Shown in pieces: positions 1 through 13,987 of a stretch of 64,000 nt of DNA. The notes under the pieces were generated by a model. That model saw only the letters and a program-made list of their open reading frames with translations. It was not told the origin of the DNA and ran no database searches. The stretch is from positions 50,148-114,147 of the forward strand of contig MERD01000071.1 of the NCBI GenBank assembly GCA_001771935.1. The letters run 5' to 3'. Numbering within the stretch: position 1 is the first letter of the stretch; each line of letters starts with the position of its first letter. A program made the position numbers and the translations under genes. This DNA is from Betaproteobacteria bacterium RIFCSPLOWO2_02_FULL_67_26 (GTDB lineage: Bacteria > Pseudomonadota > Gammaproteobacteria > Burkholderiales > SG8-41).

Positions 1-743
1 TGCAGCCGGGGCGCTACCAGCCGCGCACACGCATGGACCAGGCGGCGCTGGCCGAGCTTGCCGAATCGATCAAGGCGCAAGGCGTGATGCAGCCGATACT
101 CGCGCGCCCGGTTGGGGCCGGTCGCTACGAGATCGTGGCCGGCGAGCGGCGCTGGCGCGCGGCGCGCCTGGCAGGCCTGGCGAGCGTGCCCGCGCTGGTG
201 CGCGAGGTGCCGGACCGCAACGCGCTCGCAATCGCGCTGATCGAGAACCTGCAGCGCGAGGACCTGAATCCCCTCGAGGAGGCGACCGGCGTGAAGCGCC
301 TGATCGAGGAGTTCGGATTGACGCACGCCCAGGCCGCCGAAGGCCTCGGGCGGTCGCGCGCCGCCATCACCAACGCGCTGCGGCTGCTCGATCTGGCGCC
401 GCCGGTGCAGGAGCTGATGCGCGACGGCAAGCTCGACATGGGGCATGCGCGCGCGCTGCTGGCGCTGCCCGCCCTGCGGCAGATCGAGATCGCGCGCACC
501 GCGGTCGCAAAGCAGCTCTCGGTGCGGCAGGTCGAGGCGCTGGTGGCGCACCTGTCCCGGCGCGTCGCTGCCGGAGGACGCGTCAAAGTGGACCGCGATG
601 TGGCGCGGTTGGAGGAAGAATGGAGTCAGCGGCTCGGCACCACCGTACGGATCCAGTCCGCCACCCGGCCGGGCAGCGGCCGGCTGGTGATTCACTATGC
701 CTCGCTCGACCAGCTGGAGGCGCTGTTGCGCAAGCTTGGCTAG
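1..743 (+). CDS. parB: Chromosome partitioning protein ParB, 5'-truncated by the window edge
   Basis: The frame is open from nt 3. The translation QPGRYQPRTRMDQAALAELAESIKAQGVMQPILARP...GERRWRAA matches the ParB box / HTH region. It lies immediately upstream of the atp operon, as in many origin-proximal regions. Confidence 0.9.
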   Translation, partial: QPGRYQPRTRMDQAALAELAESIKAQGVMQPILARPVGAGRYEIVAGERRWRAARLAGLASVPALVREVPDRNALAIALIENLQREDLNPLEEATGVKRLIEEFGLTHAQAAEGLGRSRAAITNALRLLDLAPPVQELMRDGKLDMGHARALLALPALRQIEIARTAVAKQLSVRQVEALVAHLSRRVAAGGRVKVDRDVARLEEEWSQRLGTTVRIQSATRPGSGRLVIHYASLDQLEALLRKLG

Positions 744-783
744 GCAGCGTCGCAAGAACGCCGGCCTGCTGCAGCGCAGCAAA

Positions 784-813
784 TTGACCCTTCCGGCGCC
801 GTATGGCTATACT
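784..813 (+). promoter_or_regulatory. Candidate sigma70 promoter of the atp operon (TTGACC-N18-TATACT)
   Basis: TTGACC at 784-789 and TATACT at 808-813, read directly, lie in the parB-atpI spacer about 37 nt upstream of the atpI ATG. Confidence 0.45.
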
Positions 814-849
814 GGCAAGGCATTGCTCGGCGCGGAGAATACCAACGCC

Positions 850-1218
850 ATGCTTCGCGGACTGGGCAAGCCGATACGCACCGTTCTCCGGTGGCAACTG
901 CTCGCCACCGTCGCTTTGACGCTCGTTGCCGGAGCCTGGGTGGGCAACCACGGCGCTCTGTCCGCGGCTCTCGGCGGCGCGGTCAGCATCTTCTCCGGGC
1001 TGGCGTCGGCGATCGTGGCGGCAGTGGGCAAGGCGAAGTCCGCAGGGGGGGTAGTCGTGGCTGCGCTCACGGCTGAAGCCGTCAAGATCGGCCTGATCGT
1101 GATGCTCCTGTGGCTCGTGCTGGCGAACTACCACGGCGTCGTGGTGCTCGCCTTCATCGGGTCGTTCCTGGTGACGGTCCTGATTTTTGCAATGGCGTTC
1201 TTTGTGCGCGAATACTAG
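850..1218 (+). CDS. atpI: ATP synthase protein I
   Basis: Small hydrophobic protein preceding atpB. The track ORF 697..1218 overlaps parB, so I chose the internal ATG at 850 (MLRGLGKPIRTV...). Confidence 0.75.
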   Translation: MLRGLGKPIRTVLRWQLLATVALTLVAGAWVGNHGALSAALGGAVSIFSGLASAIVAAVGKAKSAGGVVVAALTAEAVKIGLIVMLLWLVLANYHGVVVLAFIGSFLVTVLIFAMAFFVREY

Positions 1219-1236
1219 GACGAGAGCGTTCGAGCG

Positions 1237-2363
<1,127 letters not shown>

Positions 2364-2406
2364 ATCGCGGCGCACGGCGCGCGCCGCACCTTCAAGAGGA
2401 ACCGGT

Positions 2407-2880
2407 ATGAGCTTCAATCTGACGCTGCTTGCACAGATGCTCGCCTTCGCGGCGTTCATCCTGTTCACCGTCAAGGTGGTCTGGCCGCACCTGCTGCGCG
2501 CGATTGAGACGCGGCAGAAAACGATCGCGGACGGGCTTGCCGCCGCCGAGCAGGGCAAGAAATCCCTGGAGGTCTCGACCCGCCAGGCCGACGAAACGGT
2601 CAAGCAGGGCCGTGACCGCGCCGCCGAGATCATCGCGCAGGCCGAGAAACGCGGCGCGCAGATGGTGGACGAGGCGCGGACGCAGGCGAAGGACGAGGGT
2701 AACCGCGAGAAGGCGGCCGCGCAGGCCGAGATCGAGCAACAGGTCGCGCGCGCGCGGGAAATGCTGCGTGAACAGGTGGCCGCACTCGCCGTGGCCGGCG
2801 CGGAGAAGATCCTGCGCCGCGAAGTGGACGCGAAGGCGCATGCCGACCTGCTGGCGCAGCTCAAGCAGGAAGTGCGCTAG
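2407..2880 (+). CDS. atpF: F0F1 ATP synthase subunit b
   Basis: ATG at 2407 ([21 protein letters not shown]...) gives one TM segment followed by a long charged helix. The track ORF start at 2326 overlaps atpE. Confidence 0.9.
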   Translation: MSFNLTLLAQMLAFAAFILFTVKVVWPHLLRAIETRQKTIADGLAAAEQGKKSLEVSTRQADETVKQGRDRAAEIIAQAEKRGAQMVDEARTQAKDEGNREKAAAQAEIEQQVARAREMLREQVAALAVAGAEKILRREVDAKAHADLLAQLKQEVR

Positions 2881-2882
2881 TC

Positions 2883-3416
2883 ATGGCCGAGAACGTCACC
2901 GTCGCGCGCCCCTACGCCGAGGCGATTTTCGCGCTCGCCGACGCTGGCGGCGAGCTCGGAAAGTGGTCGCAGACGCTCGCCGTTATGGCGTCGGTCGCGG
3001 CGAACGCCGAGGTGCGGGCGGCGACCGGCAACCCCAACCTCACCACCGAGCAGGTTTACGGGCTGTTCGCCGCGGCGTGCGGCGATCTGGTGATAGAGGC
3101 CCAGAACTTCCTGCGCGTGCTCATCGAAAATGATCGCCTGGCGGCCTTGCCGGAGATCCGGGACAACTACGAGGCGCTCAAGAACGAGCGCGAGGGCGTG
3201 GTGGACGCGTTGATCACGACCGCCCTGCCGCTCGACGACGCGCAGCTCGCCGCCCTGGTGGCACAGCTGGAGAGCCGCTTCAAGCGGAAAATCAAGCCGC
3301 AGGTGGCGGTGGACGCGAATCTGATCGGCGGCGTGCACATGCAGGTCGGCGACGAGGTCATAGACGGTTCGGTGCGCGGCAAGCTGGTCGCAATGGCGGC
3401 CGCGTTGATGAAATAG
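2883..3416 (+). CDS. atpH: F0F1 ATP synthase subunit delta
   Basis: 177 aa, [13 protein letters not shown]-terminus, expected operon position. Confidence 0.9.
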   Translation: MAENVTVARPYAEAIFALADAGGELGKWSQTLAVMASVAANAEVRAATGNPNLTTEQVYGLFAAACGDLVIEAQNFLRVLIENDRLAALPEIRDNYEALKNEREGVVDALITTALPLDDAQLAALVAQLESRFKRKIKPQVAVDANLIGGVHMQVGDEVIDGSVRGKLVAMAAALMK

Positions 3417-3433
3417 GCAATCGAGGATACTCC

Positions 3434-4984
3434 ATGCAACAGCTCAAACCTTCCGAGATCAGCGACCTGATCCGTTCCCGCATCCAGAGCCTCGCGATCA
3501 GCGCGGACATCCGCACCCAGGGCACGGTGGTGACCGTGACCGACGGCATCTGCCGCATCCATGGCCTCTCCGACGTGATGCAGGGCGAGATGCTGGAATT
3601 CCCGAAGAACACCTTCGGTCTGGCGTTGAACCTCGAGCGTGACTCGGTCGGCGCGGTGATACTCGGTGCGTACGAGCACCTCACCGAGGGCGATACCGTC
3701 AAGTGCACCGGCAAGATCCTTTCGGTGCCGGTCGGCCCGGAGCTCCTCGGGCGCGTGGTCAACTCGCTCGGCCAGCCGATCGACGGCAAGGGCCCGATCG
3801 CGTCCAAGACGACCGACGTCATCGAGAAGGTCGCCCCGGGCGTGATCTGGCGGAAATCCGTGTCGCAGCCGGTGCAGACCGGGCTGAAGGCCATCGACGC
3901 GATGGTGCCGGTCGGGCGCGGCCAGCGCGAGCTCATCATCGGCGACCGCCAGACCGGCAAGACCGCGGTGGCGGTGGACACCATCATCAACCAGAAGGGG
4001 AAGGACCTGTTCTGCGTCTACGTCGCGATCGGGCAGAAGGCCTCCACCATCGCCAACGTCGTGCGCAAGCTCGAGGAGCACGGGGCCATGGCTTACACCA
4101 TCGTGGTGGCGGCCTCGGCCTCGGAATCGGCCGCCATGCAGTACATCGCGCCCTACTCGGGCTGCACCATGGGCGAGTATTTCCGCGACCGCGGGCAGGA
4201 CGCGCTCATCATCTACGATGACCTGACCAAGCAGGCATGGGCCTACCGGCAGATCTCGCTCCTGCTGCGCCGCCCGCCGGGCCGCGAAGCGTACCCCGGC
4301 GACGTGTTCTACCTGCACTCGCGGCTGCTCGAGCGCGCCTCGCGCGTGAACGAGGAGTACGTCGAGCGCTTTACCAAGGGGGCGGTCAAGGGCAAGACCG
4401 GGTCGCTGACCGCGTTGCCGGTGATCGAGACGCAGGCCGGCGACGTGACCGCGTTCGTGCCGACCAACGTCATCTCGATTACCGACGGCCAGATCTTCCT
4501 CGAGACCGACCTCTTCAACGCCGGCATCCGGCCCGCGATCAACGCCGGCATCTCGGTGTCGCGGGTGGGCGGCGCGGCACAGACCAAGGTCATGAAGCGG
4601 CGCGACACCGGGGGCGGCGTGCGGCTGGCGCTCGCGCAATACCGGGAGCTCGCCGCGTTCGCCCAGTTCGCGAGCGACCTCGACGAGGCGACCCGCAAGC
4701 AGCTCGAGCGCGGCCGCGTGGTAACGGAATTGATGAAGCAGCCGCAGTATCAGCCGCTGGCGGTATGGGAGATGGCGCTCACCCTGTTTGGGGTGAACAA
4801 CGGCTACTTCGACGATGTCGATATCAAGAAGGCGCTCGCGGCGGAGCGCTCGATGCGCGACTACATCAAGGACAAGTATGGCGATCTGGTCAAGCGCATC
4901 GAGGACGTGAAGGACCTATCCAAGGAGGACGAGCAGAAGCTGCACGAAGCGATAAAGGACTGGAAGAAAAACGGCAGCTTCTAG
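3434..4984 (+). CDS. atpA: F0F1 ATP synthase subunit alpha
   Basis: 516 aa with Walker A GDRQTGKT; the rest reads as the highly conserved alpha subunit. Confidence 0.98.
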   Translation: MQQLKPSEISDLIRSRIQSLAISADIRTQGTVVTVTDGICRIHGLSDVMQGEMLEFPKNTFGLALNLERDSVGAVILGAYEHLTEGDTVKCTGKILSVPVGPELLGRVVNSLGQPIDGKGPIASKTTDVIEKVAPGVIWRKSVSQPVQTGLKAIDAMVPVGRGQRELIIGDRQTGKTAVAVDTIINQKGKDLFCVYVAIGQKASTIANVVRKLEEHGAMAYTIVVAASASESAAMQYIAPYSGCTMGEYFRDRGQDALIIYDDLTKQAWAYRQISLLLRRPPGREAYPGDVFYLHSRLLERASRVNEEYVERFTKGAVKGKTGSLTALPVIETQAGDVTAFVPTNVISITDGQIFLETDLFNAGIRPAINAGISVSRVGGAAQTKVMKRRDTGGGVRLALAQYRELAAFAQFASDLDEATRKQLERGRVVTELMKQPQYQPLAVWEMALTLFGVNNGYFDDVDIKKALAAERSMRDYIKDKYGDLVKRIEDVKDLSKEDEQKLHEAIKDWKKNGSF

Positions 4985-5008
4985 ACGCTAGCGCGCAGGG
5001 AAACTGAC

Positions 5009-5872
5009 ATGCCAGGAACCAAAGAAATCCGGATGAAGATCCGGAGTGTGCAGAACACCCGGAAGATCACCAAGGCGATGGAGATGGTCGCGGCCTCCAA
5101 GATGCGCCGCGCCCAGGAGCGCATGCGCGCCGCGCGCCCGTATTCGGAGAAGATCCGCATGCTCGCCGCGCGCATCTCGCACGCCAATCCCGAGTATCGC
5201 CACCCGTTTCTCATCTCGCGCGACACCGTCAAGAAAATCGGCATCATCGTGATCACCACCGACAAGGGCCTGTGCGGCAGCCTCAACACCAACGTGCTGC
5301 GCATGACGCTCGCGCGCATGAAGGAATGGGAGGCGCAGGGCGAGCAGTTCGAGGTGTGCTGCATCGGCAACAAGGGGCTGGGCTTCATGCAGCGGCTCGG
5401 CGCCAACATCGTATCGCAGGTCACCCAGCTCGGCGACCGCCCGCACATGGAGCGGCTGGTCGGCGCGATCAAGGTCATGCTCGACGGCTTCGCCCAGGGC
5501 CGCGTCGACCGCGTGATGATATTCACCACCCGCTTCATCAACACCATGAAGCAGGAGCCGGTGATGGGGCAGTTGCTGCCGCTCTCCGGCGAGCGCTTTG
5601 GCGCACCCGAAGGCGTGTGGGACTACATCTATGAGCCTGAGGCGAAAACCGTGTTAGATCAAATACTTATAAGATACATCGAGACCATCATCTTTCATGC
5701 GGTGGCGGAGAACATGGCGTCCGAGCAATCGGCGCGAATGGTGGCGATGAAAGCGGCGTCGGACAACGCGGGCAGCGTAATCGACGAGTTGACGCTGATC
5801 TACAACAAGTCGCGGCAGGCAGCGATCACCAAGGAGCTGTCGGAGATCGTCGGCGGCGCCGCGGCGGTTTGA
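5009..5872 (+). CDS. atpG: F0F1 ATP synthase subunit gamma
   Basis: 287 aa; N-terminus [32 protein letters not shown] and C-terminus [14 protein letters not shown]. Confidence 0.97.
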   Translation: MPGTKEIRMKIRSVQNTRKITKAMEMVAASKMRRAQERMRAARPYSEKIRMLAARISHANPEYRHPFLISRDTVKKIGIIVITTDKGLCGSLNTNVLRMTLARMKEWEAQGEQFEVCCIGNKGLGFMQRLGANIVSQVTQLGDRPHMERLVGAIKVMLDGFAQGRVDRVMIFTTRFINTMKQEPVMGQLLPLSGERFGAPEGVWDYIYEPEAKTVLDQILIRYIETIIFHAVAENMASEQSARMVAMKAASDNAGSVIDELTLIYNKSRQAAITKELSEIVGGAAAV

Positions 5873-5905
5873 GAACGGCTTGGCGGCTAGGGTTTTTCTG
5901 AATAG

Positions 5906-7763
<1,858 letters not shown>

Positions 7764-7840
7764 GTCCCTGTAAATCCGGACGCTGTCCGCGCGTTCGAAC
7801 GGATGCCGGCGCCGTTCAACGCTTGGTAGAGGCAGAATAC

Positions 7841-7871
7841 CGGGCGGCTTTTTGGCTGCCCGTTTTCGTTT
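7841..7871 (+). terminator. Intrinsic terminator after atpC
   Basis: 8-bp stem CGGGCGGC (7841-48) / GCTGCCCG (7855-62) with one G-U pair and loop TTTTTG, followed by TTTTCGTTT. Confidence 0.55.
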
Positions 7872-9353
7872 ATGGACACCTACGACCTGCTCGTCATCGG
7901 CGGCGGCATCAACGGCGCCGGCATCGCGCGCGACGCCGCCGGGCGCGGGTTGTCGGTGCTGCTGGTGGAGAAGGACGATCTCGGCGCGCATACCAGCTCC
8001 TCCAGCAGCAAGCTGATCCACGGGGGTCTGCGCTACCTGGAGCACTACGAATTCCGCCTGGTCGCGGAGGCGCTCGCCGAGCGCGAGGTGCTGCTCCGGG
8101 TCGCGCGGCACCTGGTATGGCCGGCGCGCTTCATCATGCCGCACGTGCCCGAGCTGCGGCCGCGCTGGATGATCCGCACCGGGTTCTTTCTCTACGATCA
8201 CCTGGCGCGGCGCGCGAGCTTGCCCGGCTCGCACGCGGTGCGGCTGGACGCGCCCCCTTATAACGCCGGGCTGCGGCCGCAGTTCAAGCACGGCTTCATC
8301 TACTCCGATTGCCGCGTGGACGACGCGCGCCTCGTCATCATCAACGCGATGGACGCGCGCCAGAGCGGCGCGACGATCCTCACGCGTACCGAATGCCAGG
8401 CCGCGCGGCGCAACGGAGAAGGCTGGACCGTGACGCTCTCGGGCGGGCGCGAGATTCGCGCCCGGGCGATCGTGAACGCAGCCGGGCCGTGGGTAAAGCG
8501 CGTGCTCAACGAGCGCCTTGGGCAGCCGAGTCGTGAAGGTGTCAAGCTCGTCAAGGGCAGCCACATCGTGCTGCCGCAGCTCTACCCGGGGGATCACGCG
8601 TTCATTCTGCAGAACGACGACCGGCGCGTGGTGTTCATGATCCCCTACGGCGACCGGCACACGCTCGTCGGCACGACCGATGTCCCGGTGGAAGGCGATC
8701 CGGGAGCGGCGCAGGCGAGCGATGCCGAGGCCGCTTACCTGTGCCGCGCTGTCGGGCGCTACCTCGAGAAGCCTGTCGACCCCGCGCAGGTCGCCTGGCG
8801 CTTTGCCGGCGTGCGGCCGCTCTACGACGATGGCACCAGTGATCCCTCGGCGATCACGCGCGACTACACCTTGCGCGTCGACGACGCATCCGGAACGGCC
8901 CCGGTGTTGTCGGTGTACGGCGGCAAGATCACGACCTACCGGCGCCTGGCGGAGCACGCCCTGCAGAAGCTCGCGCCGTATTTCCCGGGGCTGAAGGGAG
9001 AGTGGACCGCGACCGTGCCGCTGCTGGGCGGCGATTTCGCGGGCGCGAGCCGCGAGCAGGCGCGCGATCAGTTCTTCTCGCGCTATCGCGGCCTGCCGCA
9101 GGAGACGTTGCGCGGCCTGTTCCGGCGGCATGGCATGCTGGCCTACGACGTGCTCGGCGCCGCTGCCGCTGTCACGGATCTCGGCGCGAGCTTCGGCGCC
9201 GGACTCTACGCGCGCGAGGTGGACTATTTCATCGAGCGCGAATGGGCACGCGACGCGGAAGACGTGCTCTGGCGCCGCACCAAAGCCGGCCTGCACCTCG
9301 ATCCGGGGCAGCGCGAAGCCGTTGCGCGCCATCTGAGCCGGCGCGTAAGTTGA
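7872..9353 (+). CDS. glpD: Aerobic glycerol-3-phosphate dehydrogenase
   Basis: The N-terminus DLLVIGGGINGAGIARDAAGRGLSVLLVEKDDLGAHTSSSSSKLIHGGLRYLEHYEFRLVAEALAEREVLL is nearly identical in pattern to E. coli GlpD. Confidence 0.9.
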   Translation: MDTYDLLVIGGGINGAGIARDAAGRGLSVLLVEKDDLGAHTSSSSSKLIHGGLRYLEHYEFRLVAEALAEREVLLRVARHLVWPARFIMPHVPELRPRWMIRTGFFLYDHLARRASLPGSHAVRLDAPPYNAGLRPQFKHGFIYSDCRVDDARLVIINAMDARQSGATILTRTECQAARRNGEGWTVTLSGGREIRARAIVNAAGPWVKRVLNERLGQPSREGVKLVKGSHIVLPQLYPGDHAFILQNDDRRVVFMIPYGDRHTLVGTTDVPVEGDPGAAQASDAEAAYLCRAVGRYLEKPVDPAQVAWRFAGVRPLYDDGTSDPSAITRDYTLRVDDASGTAPVLSVYGGKITTYRRLAEHALQKLAPYFPGLKGEWTATVPLLGGDFAGASREQARDQFFSRYRGLPQETLRGLFRRHGMLAYDVLGAAAAVTDLGASFGAGLYAREVDYFIEREWARDAEDVLWRRTKAGLHLDPGQREAVARHLSRRVS

Positions 9354-9374
9354 TGTTTGTGCGATAATTTCCCC

Positions 9375-10739
9375 ATGCCTGCCGGACTCAACGTGGTCAT
9401 CCTTGCCGCCGGCCAGGGCAAGCGCATGCGCTCGCGCCTGCCCAAGGTATTGCATCCCCTGGCGGGACGGCCGCTGATCGAGCACGTCGTGGCGACCGCG
9501 CGCGCGTTGAAGCCCGCGCGTATTTGCGTGGTCTACGGTCACGGCGGCGAGCAGGTCCCGCAAGCGCTGCGCGGGGATGGCCTGATCTTCGTCAAGCAGC
9601 AACCGCAACTGGGAACCGGCCACGCGCTGGCCCAGGCGTTGCCGCACCTGGGAAGCGCCGGCCTCACGCTGGTGCTGTATGGGGACGTGCCGTTGATCGG
9701 CGATGAGACGCTCGCGGCAATGATCGCCGGCGGCGGCGACCGGTTGACATTGCTGACCGCCGAGCTCGATGACCCGAGCGGTTACGGCCGTATCGTGCGC
9801 AATCGCCGCGGCTCGATTACCGCCATCGTCGAGGAAAAGGACGCGAGCGTCGCGCAACGCGCCATCCGCGAGGTCAACACCGGCATCATGGTTTTGCCCG
9901 GCGCGCGCCTCGGGGAGTGGATGTCGAAGCTCTCCAACCGCAATGCGCAGCGCGAGTATTACCTGACCGATGTTGTGCCGCTCGCCTCGGCTGACCGCGT
10001 GGCGGTGGTGGCCGTCAAGGCGCGCACGCCCTGGGAAGCCCTCGGCGTGAACAGCAAGCAGCAGCTCGCGCAGCTCGAGCGCATTTACCAATGGCAGCGC
10101 GCGACGCGGCTGATGGACGCCGGCGTTACGCTCGCCGACCCGATGCGCCTCGATGTGCGCGGCAACCTCGCGTGCGGCGCCGACGTGCGCATCGACGTCA
10201 ACTGCGTGTTCGAGGGCGAAGTGAGGCTGGCCGATCGTGTCGAGGTCGGCGCGAACTGCGTGTTGCGGGACACGGAGGTCGGGCCGGGGACGCGGATCGA
10301 GCCGTTCACGCTGGTGGACGCGGCCAAGATCGGCGCCAACTGCCGCGTCGGGCCCTACGCCCGCATCCGCCCCGGGACCCGGCTGGCCGAGGACGTGCAC
10401 ATCGGCAATTTCGTGGAAGTGAAGGCGGCCGAGATCGGCGCCCGCTCCAAGGCCAACCACCTCGCCTACATCGGCGACGCCAGCGTCGGGCGCGACGTCA
10501 ACATCGGCGCCGGCACCATCACCTGCAACTACGACGGCGCGGCCAAGCACCGCACGGTCATCGACGACGATGTCCAGATCGGCTCGGACGTGCAGCTCGT
10601 CGCGCCGGTCAGCATCGGCGCCGGTGCGACCATCGGCGCGGGGGCAACGATCACCGAGGACGTTCCGCCGGGCGTGCTCGCCGTCACCGAGAAAAAGCAG
10701 GTGGTGAAACCGGGCTGGAAGCGCCCGCAAAAGAAATAA
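9375..10739 (+). CDS. glmU: Bifunctional UDP-GlcNAc pyrophosphorylase / GlcN-1-P acetyltransferase
   Basis: [11 protein letters not shown] nucleotidyltransferase motif plus C-terminal hexapeptide repeats. I preferred the ATG at 9375 to the TTG at 9357. Confidence 0.95.
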   Translation: MPAGLNVVILAAGQGKRMRSRLPKVLHPLAGRPLIEHVVATARALKPARICVVYGHGGEQVPQALRGDGLIFVKQQPQLGTGHALAQALPHLGSAGLTLVLYGDVPLIGDETLAAMIAGGGDRLTLLTAELDDPSGYGRIVRNRRGSITAIVEEKDASVAQRAIREVNTGIMVLPGARLGEWMSKLSNRNAQREYYLTDVVPLASADRVAVVAVKARTPWEALGVNSKQQLAQLERIYQWQRATRLMDAGVTLADPMRLDVRGNLACGADVRIDVNCVFEGEVRLADRVEVGANCVLRDTEVGPGTRIEPFTLVDAAKIGANCRVGPYARIRPGTRLAEDVHIGNFVEVKAAEIGARSKANHLAYIGDASVGRDVNIGAGTITCNYDGAAKHRTVIDDDVQIGSDVQLVAPVSIGAGATIGAGATITEDVPPGVLAVTEKKQVVKPGWKRPQKK

Positions 10740-10743
10740 CGCT

Positions 10744-12585
10744 ATGTGCGGCATCGTCGGCGCGGCCTCCACCCGCAACGTGGTGGATCTCCTGATCGAG
10801 GGCATCCGCAAGCTCGAGTATCGCGGCTACGACTCGACCGGGATCGCGTTCGTCACGGACGGGCGCCTCGAGCGGCTGCGCTCCACCGGGCGCGTCGCGC
10901 ACCTCGACGAGCTCGCGCGCGAGCGGCGCGTCGAGGCGAACACCGGGCTCTCGCACACGCGCTGGGCGACGCACGGCGCGCCGACCGAAGCCAACGCGCA
11001 TCCCCATTTTTCAGCGCGCGACGGCCTCGAGATCGGCGTCGTGCACAACGGCATCGTCGAGAACCACGAGCCGATTCGCGCCCGCATGAAAGCCCTGGGT
11101 TACGGTTTTTCCTCGGAAACCGACACCGAGGTCATGGCGCACCACGTGCACTCCCTCGTGGCGGGCGGCCGGTCGCTGTTCGAGTCGGTCAAGACCGCGA
11201 GCCGGGAGTGGCAGGGGGCGTATGCCGTCGGATTCGTCTGCAGCCGGGAGCCGGAGGTCGTGGTGGGCGCGCGCCAGGGCTCCCCGCTGCTCGTGGGCCT
11301 CGGCCGGGGGGAGAATTTCCTCGCGTCCGACGCGAGCGCCCTGGTGACGCGGACGCGCGAGGTGATCTACCTGGAGGAAGGCGATGTCGTCGAGGTGCGC
11401 CCGCAGGGGGTCACGATCTGCGCCGGCGACGGGCGGCCGGTCGAGCGCGCCGTCACGCGCAGCGAGCTGTCGGCGGACGCGATCGACAAGGGGCCCTACG
11501 CGCACTACATGCAGAAGGAAATCTTCGAACAGCCGGGCGCCGTCGCCAACACACTGGAAATGGTGGCCAATGCGCAGTCGCTGGTGCCGAATCTGTTCGG
11601 CGCCGAAGCGTCGGACATCTTCGGGCGCACGAAGCAGGTCCTGCTGCTGGCCTGCGGCACGAGCTTTCACGCGGGGCTGGTGGCGCGCTACTGGCTGGAG
11701 GCGGTGGCCGGCCTGCCGGCGACGGTCGAGATCGCGAGCGAGTTCCGCTATCGCGACCCGGTGGTGCAGCCCGGTACCCTGGTGGTGACGATCTCGCAAT
11801 CGGGAGAGACGGCGGACACGCTGGCGGCGTTGAAGCACGCGCAGGCGCGCGGTATCGCCGACTCGCTGACGATCTGCAATGCGCCGGAATCGAGCCTGAT
11901 GCGGGCCTCACGACTGCGCTTTTTGACCCGCGCCGGGCCGGAGATCGGGGTGGCCTCGACCAAGGCGTTCACCACGCAGCTCGCCGCGCTGTTCGTGCTC
12001 ACGCTGGTGCTCGCCAAGTTGAAGCGCAGGCTAGCTCCAGGGCGGGAGGCAGAGCTCATCACGCAGTTGCGCCATCTGCCGCGCGCGATGGAGTCCGTGC
12101 TGGCGGTGGAGCCGCAGGTGCGCGACTGGGCGCGGCGCTTTCAGGCGAAGCATCACGCGCTGTTCCTCGGGCGCGGCGTGCATTTCCCGATCGCGATGGA
12201 GGGGGCGCTCAAGTTGAAGGAGGTCTCGTACATCCACGCCGAGGCTTACGCGGCCGGGGAGTTGAAGCACGGGCCGCTGGCGCTGGTGGACGCCGACATG
12301 CCGGTCGTCACGGTTGCCCCCAACGACCAGCTGCTGGAAAAGCTCAAGTCGAACATGCACGAAGTGCGGGCCCGCGGCGGCGAGCTCTACGTGTTCGCCG
12401 ATCGCGACGCGCGGGTCGCCGAGAGCGAAGGCGTGCGCGTCATCCGGCTCATGGATCACGCCGGGCCGCTCTCGCCCATACTGCACGTGGTCCCGCTGCA
12501 GCTCCTCGCCTATCACGTCGCGGTGCTGCGCGGCACCGACGTCGACAAGCCTCGCAATCTTGCGAAGAGCGTGACCGTCGAGTAA
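10744..12585 (+). CDS. glmS: Glutamine--fructose-6-phosphate aminotransferase
   Basis: MCGIVGA N-terminal nucleophile, two SIS domains and the C-terminal KSVTVE. Confidence 0.98.
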   Translation: MCGIVGAASTRNVVDLLIEGIRKLEYRGYDSTGIAFVTDGRLERLRSTGRVAHLDELARERRVEANTGLSHTRWATHGAPTEANAHPHFSARDGLEIGVVHNGIVENHEPIRARMKALGYGFSSETDTEVMAHHVHSLVAGGRSLFESVKTASREWQGAYAVGFVCSREPEVVVGARQGSPLLVGLGRGENFLASDASALVTRTREVIYLEEGDVVEVRPQGVTICAGDGRPVERAVTRSELSADAIDKGPYAHYMQKEIFEQPGAVANTLEMVANAQSLVPNLFGAEASDIFGRTKQVLLLACGTSFHAGLVARYWLEAVAGLPATVEIASEFRYRDPVVQPGTLVVTISQSGETADTLAALKHAQARGIADSLTICNAPESSLMRASRLRFLTRAGPEIGVASTKAFTTQLAALFVLTLVLAKLKRRLAPGREAELITQLRHLPRAMESVLAVEPQVRDWARRFQAKHHALFLGRGVHFPIAMEGALKLKEVSYIHAEAYAAGELKHGPLALVDADMPVVTVAPNDQLLEKLKSNMHEVRARGGELYVFADRDARVAESEGVRVIRLMDHAGPLSPILHVVPLQLLAYHVAVLRGTDVDKPRNLAKSVTVE

Positions 12586-12617
12586 CTGCAGGCTTGGGCG
12601 GCACGCGGGCCGCGCCG

Positions 12618-13289
12618 TTACTTGCCGCGATTCTGGCGCGCGAGGCGGATGAGATCCTCGACGACCGGAATCACGCCGCGCACGGCGGGCGTCATGCTGC
12701 TCGAAGTGAGGTAACGCCCGTCAACCACCAGGCTCGGCGTGCCTTGCACGTCGTAGGCCTTGGTGAGCCGTTGCGCCCGCGCGATCTTGGCGTCGACTTC
12801 GGGCGAGTGGTAGGCGTCGAGCCACTTTGCCCGCTCGATGCCGTTCTTGACCGCCCACTGCTCCATCACGTCGGGCTTGCTCATGTGCAGCTCCTCGACG
12901 TGGTAGCTGTGGTAGACCTTGAGATGCAGGCGCTCGACCTCGCCCAGCAGCTCGAGCGTGTAGTAGATGCGCGCGTGCGGCGCCCAGGTGTCCCTGAGGA
13001 TGACCGGGATGCGGCGCAGCGCCACGTCGGCGGGCTTGTGCTTGATCCAGTCTTCCAGCGCCGGCTGCAGCTCGTTGCAGTACGGGCAGCCGTACCAGAA
13101 GAAGTCGATCACCTCGATCGCGTCGCCGGTTTCCGGTTTCTGCGGCTCGATCAGGCGGTATTCGACGTTCTGCCGCGCGCGGACTTCCTGCGCAAACACC
13201 GGCCCAGCGAGTCCGGCGATGGCGATCAACGCGAGGCAGCCGCGCGCGACGGAGACCAGGGGGTCAATGCCCATGGTCCGGCCCGTCAT
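12618..13289 (-). CDS. DsbA-family thiol:disulfide interchange protein (paralogue 2, CPYC)
   Basis: Signal peptide, FFWYGCPYCNELQP active site and the GTPSLVVDG cis-Pro region. Its ATG overlaps the upstream stop (ATGA). Confidence 0.85.
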   Translation of the reverse strand: MTGRTMGIDPLVSVARGCLALIAIAGLAGPVFAQEVRARQNVEYRLIEPQKPETGDAIEVIDFFWYGCPYCNELQPALEDWIKHKPADVALRRIPVILRDTWAPHARIYYTLELLGEVERLHLKVYHSYHVEELHMSKPDVMEQWAVKNGIERAKWLDAYHSPEVDAKIARAQRLTKAYDVQGTPSLVVDGRYLTSSSMTPAVRGVIPVVEDLIRLARQNRGK

Positions 13290-13987
13290 TTCTTCCCGGC
13301 GCGCTCCTTGCGCGCCATGCCGATCACCTGGTCGAGGACCTGGAAGAAGCGGTCGTAGTCCACGCTCTTGTCGGGCTTGAGGATCATCGAGGGCGCGAGC
13401 AGGTACTTGCCGTCGACCACCAGCGCCGGCGTGCCCGGCACGTCGTAGTTGCGCGTCATCTCGATCGAGCGCATGCCACGGCTTTTCACCCCGAAGGAAT
13501 TGTAGGTGTCGGCGAATTTCTGCCGGTCCAGTCCCTGCTTGGCCACCCAGTCGAACAGGACGTTCTGGTCGGACAGACGGATCCTCTGGTCATGGATCGC
13601 GTGGAACACGTCGTAATGCAGCTTGTCCACCGCGCCCATCGCGTCGAGCGCGTAAAAAGTCCAGGTCAGCGGTATCCACGAGTTGTCCAGTACCGCGGGC
13701 ACCCGGCGGAAATCGACGTCCGCCGGTTTTTGCTTGAGCCAGACCCGCAGCGGGGGCTGCAGCGCGTTGCAGTGCGGGCACGCGTACCAGAAGAATTCCA
13801 GCACCTCGACCCGCTTGCCGCTTTCGGTGGGCTGCGCCGGGTTGATGATGCGGTAGTCCTTGCCGGGCGCGGGCTGCGCCGCGGCGCCGGCGCCGACGGC
13901 GAATGCCAGCAGCCCGATAGCGAGCCGCAGGTGGCGTGTGAGAAAGTTCACGTTCTGTCTCCGGGTTGTAGGGGTGACCGGCGTCAT
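13286..13987 (-). CDS. dsbA: DsbA-family thiol:disulfide interchange protein (paralogue 1, CPHC)
   Basis: Signal peptide, FFWYACPHCNALQP active site and GTPALVVDG. Its start overlaps the SPOR gene stop (ATGA). Confidence 0.85.
   Translation of the reverse strand: MTPVTPTTRRQNVNFLTRHLRLAIGLLAFAVGAGAAAQPAPGKDYRIINPAQPTESGKRVEVLEFFWYACPHCNALQPPLRVWLKQKPADVDFRRVPAVLDNSWIPLTWTFYALDAMGAVDKLHYDVFHAIHDQRIRLSDQNVLFDWVAKQGLDRQKFADTYNSFGVKSRGMRSIEMTRNYDVPGTPALVVDGKYLLAPSMILKPDKSVDYDRFFQVLDQVIGMARKERAGKK

Noticed and set aside
12586-12617. Possible bidirectional terminator between the convergent glmS and dsbA' genes.
   Set aside because: There is only a 5-bp GC stem (GCGGC..GCCGC) and no T-run on either strand, so the support is insufficient.
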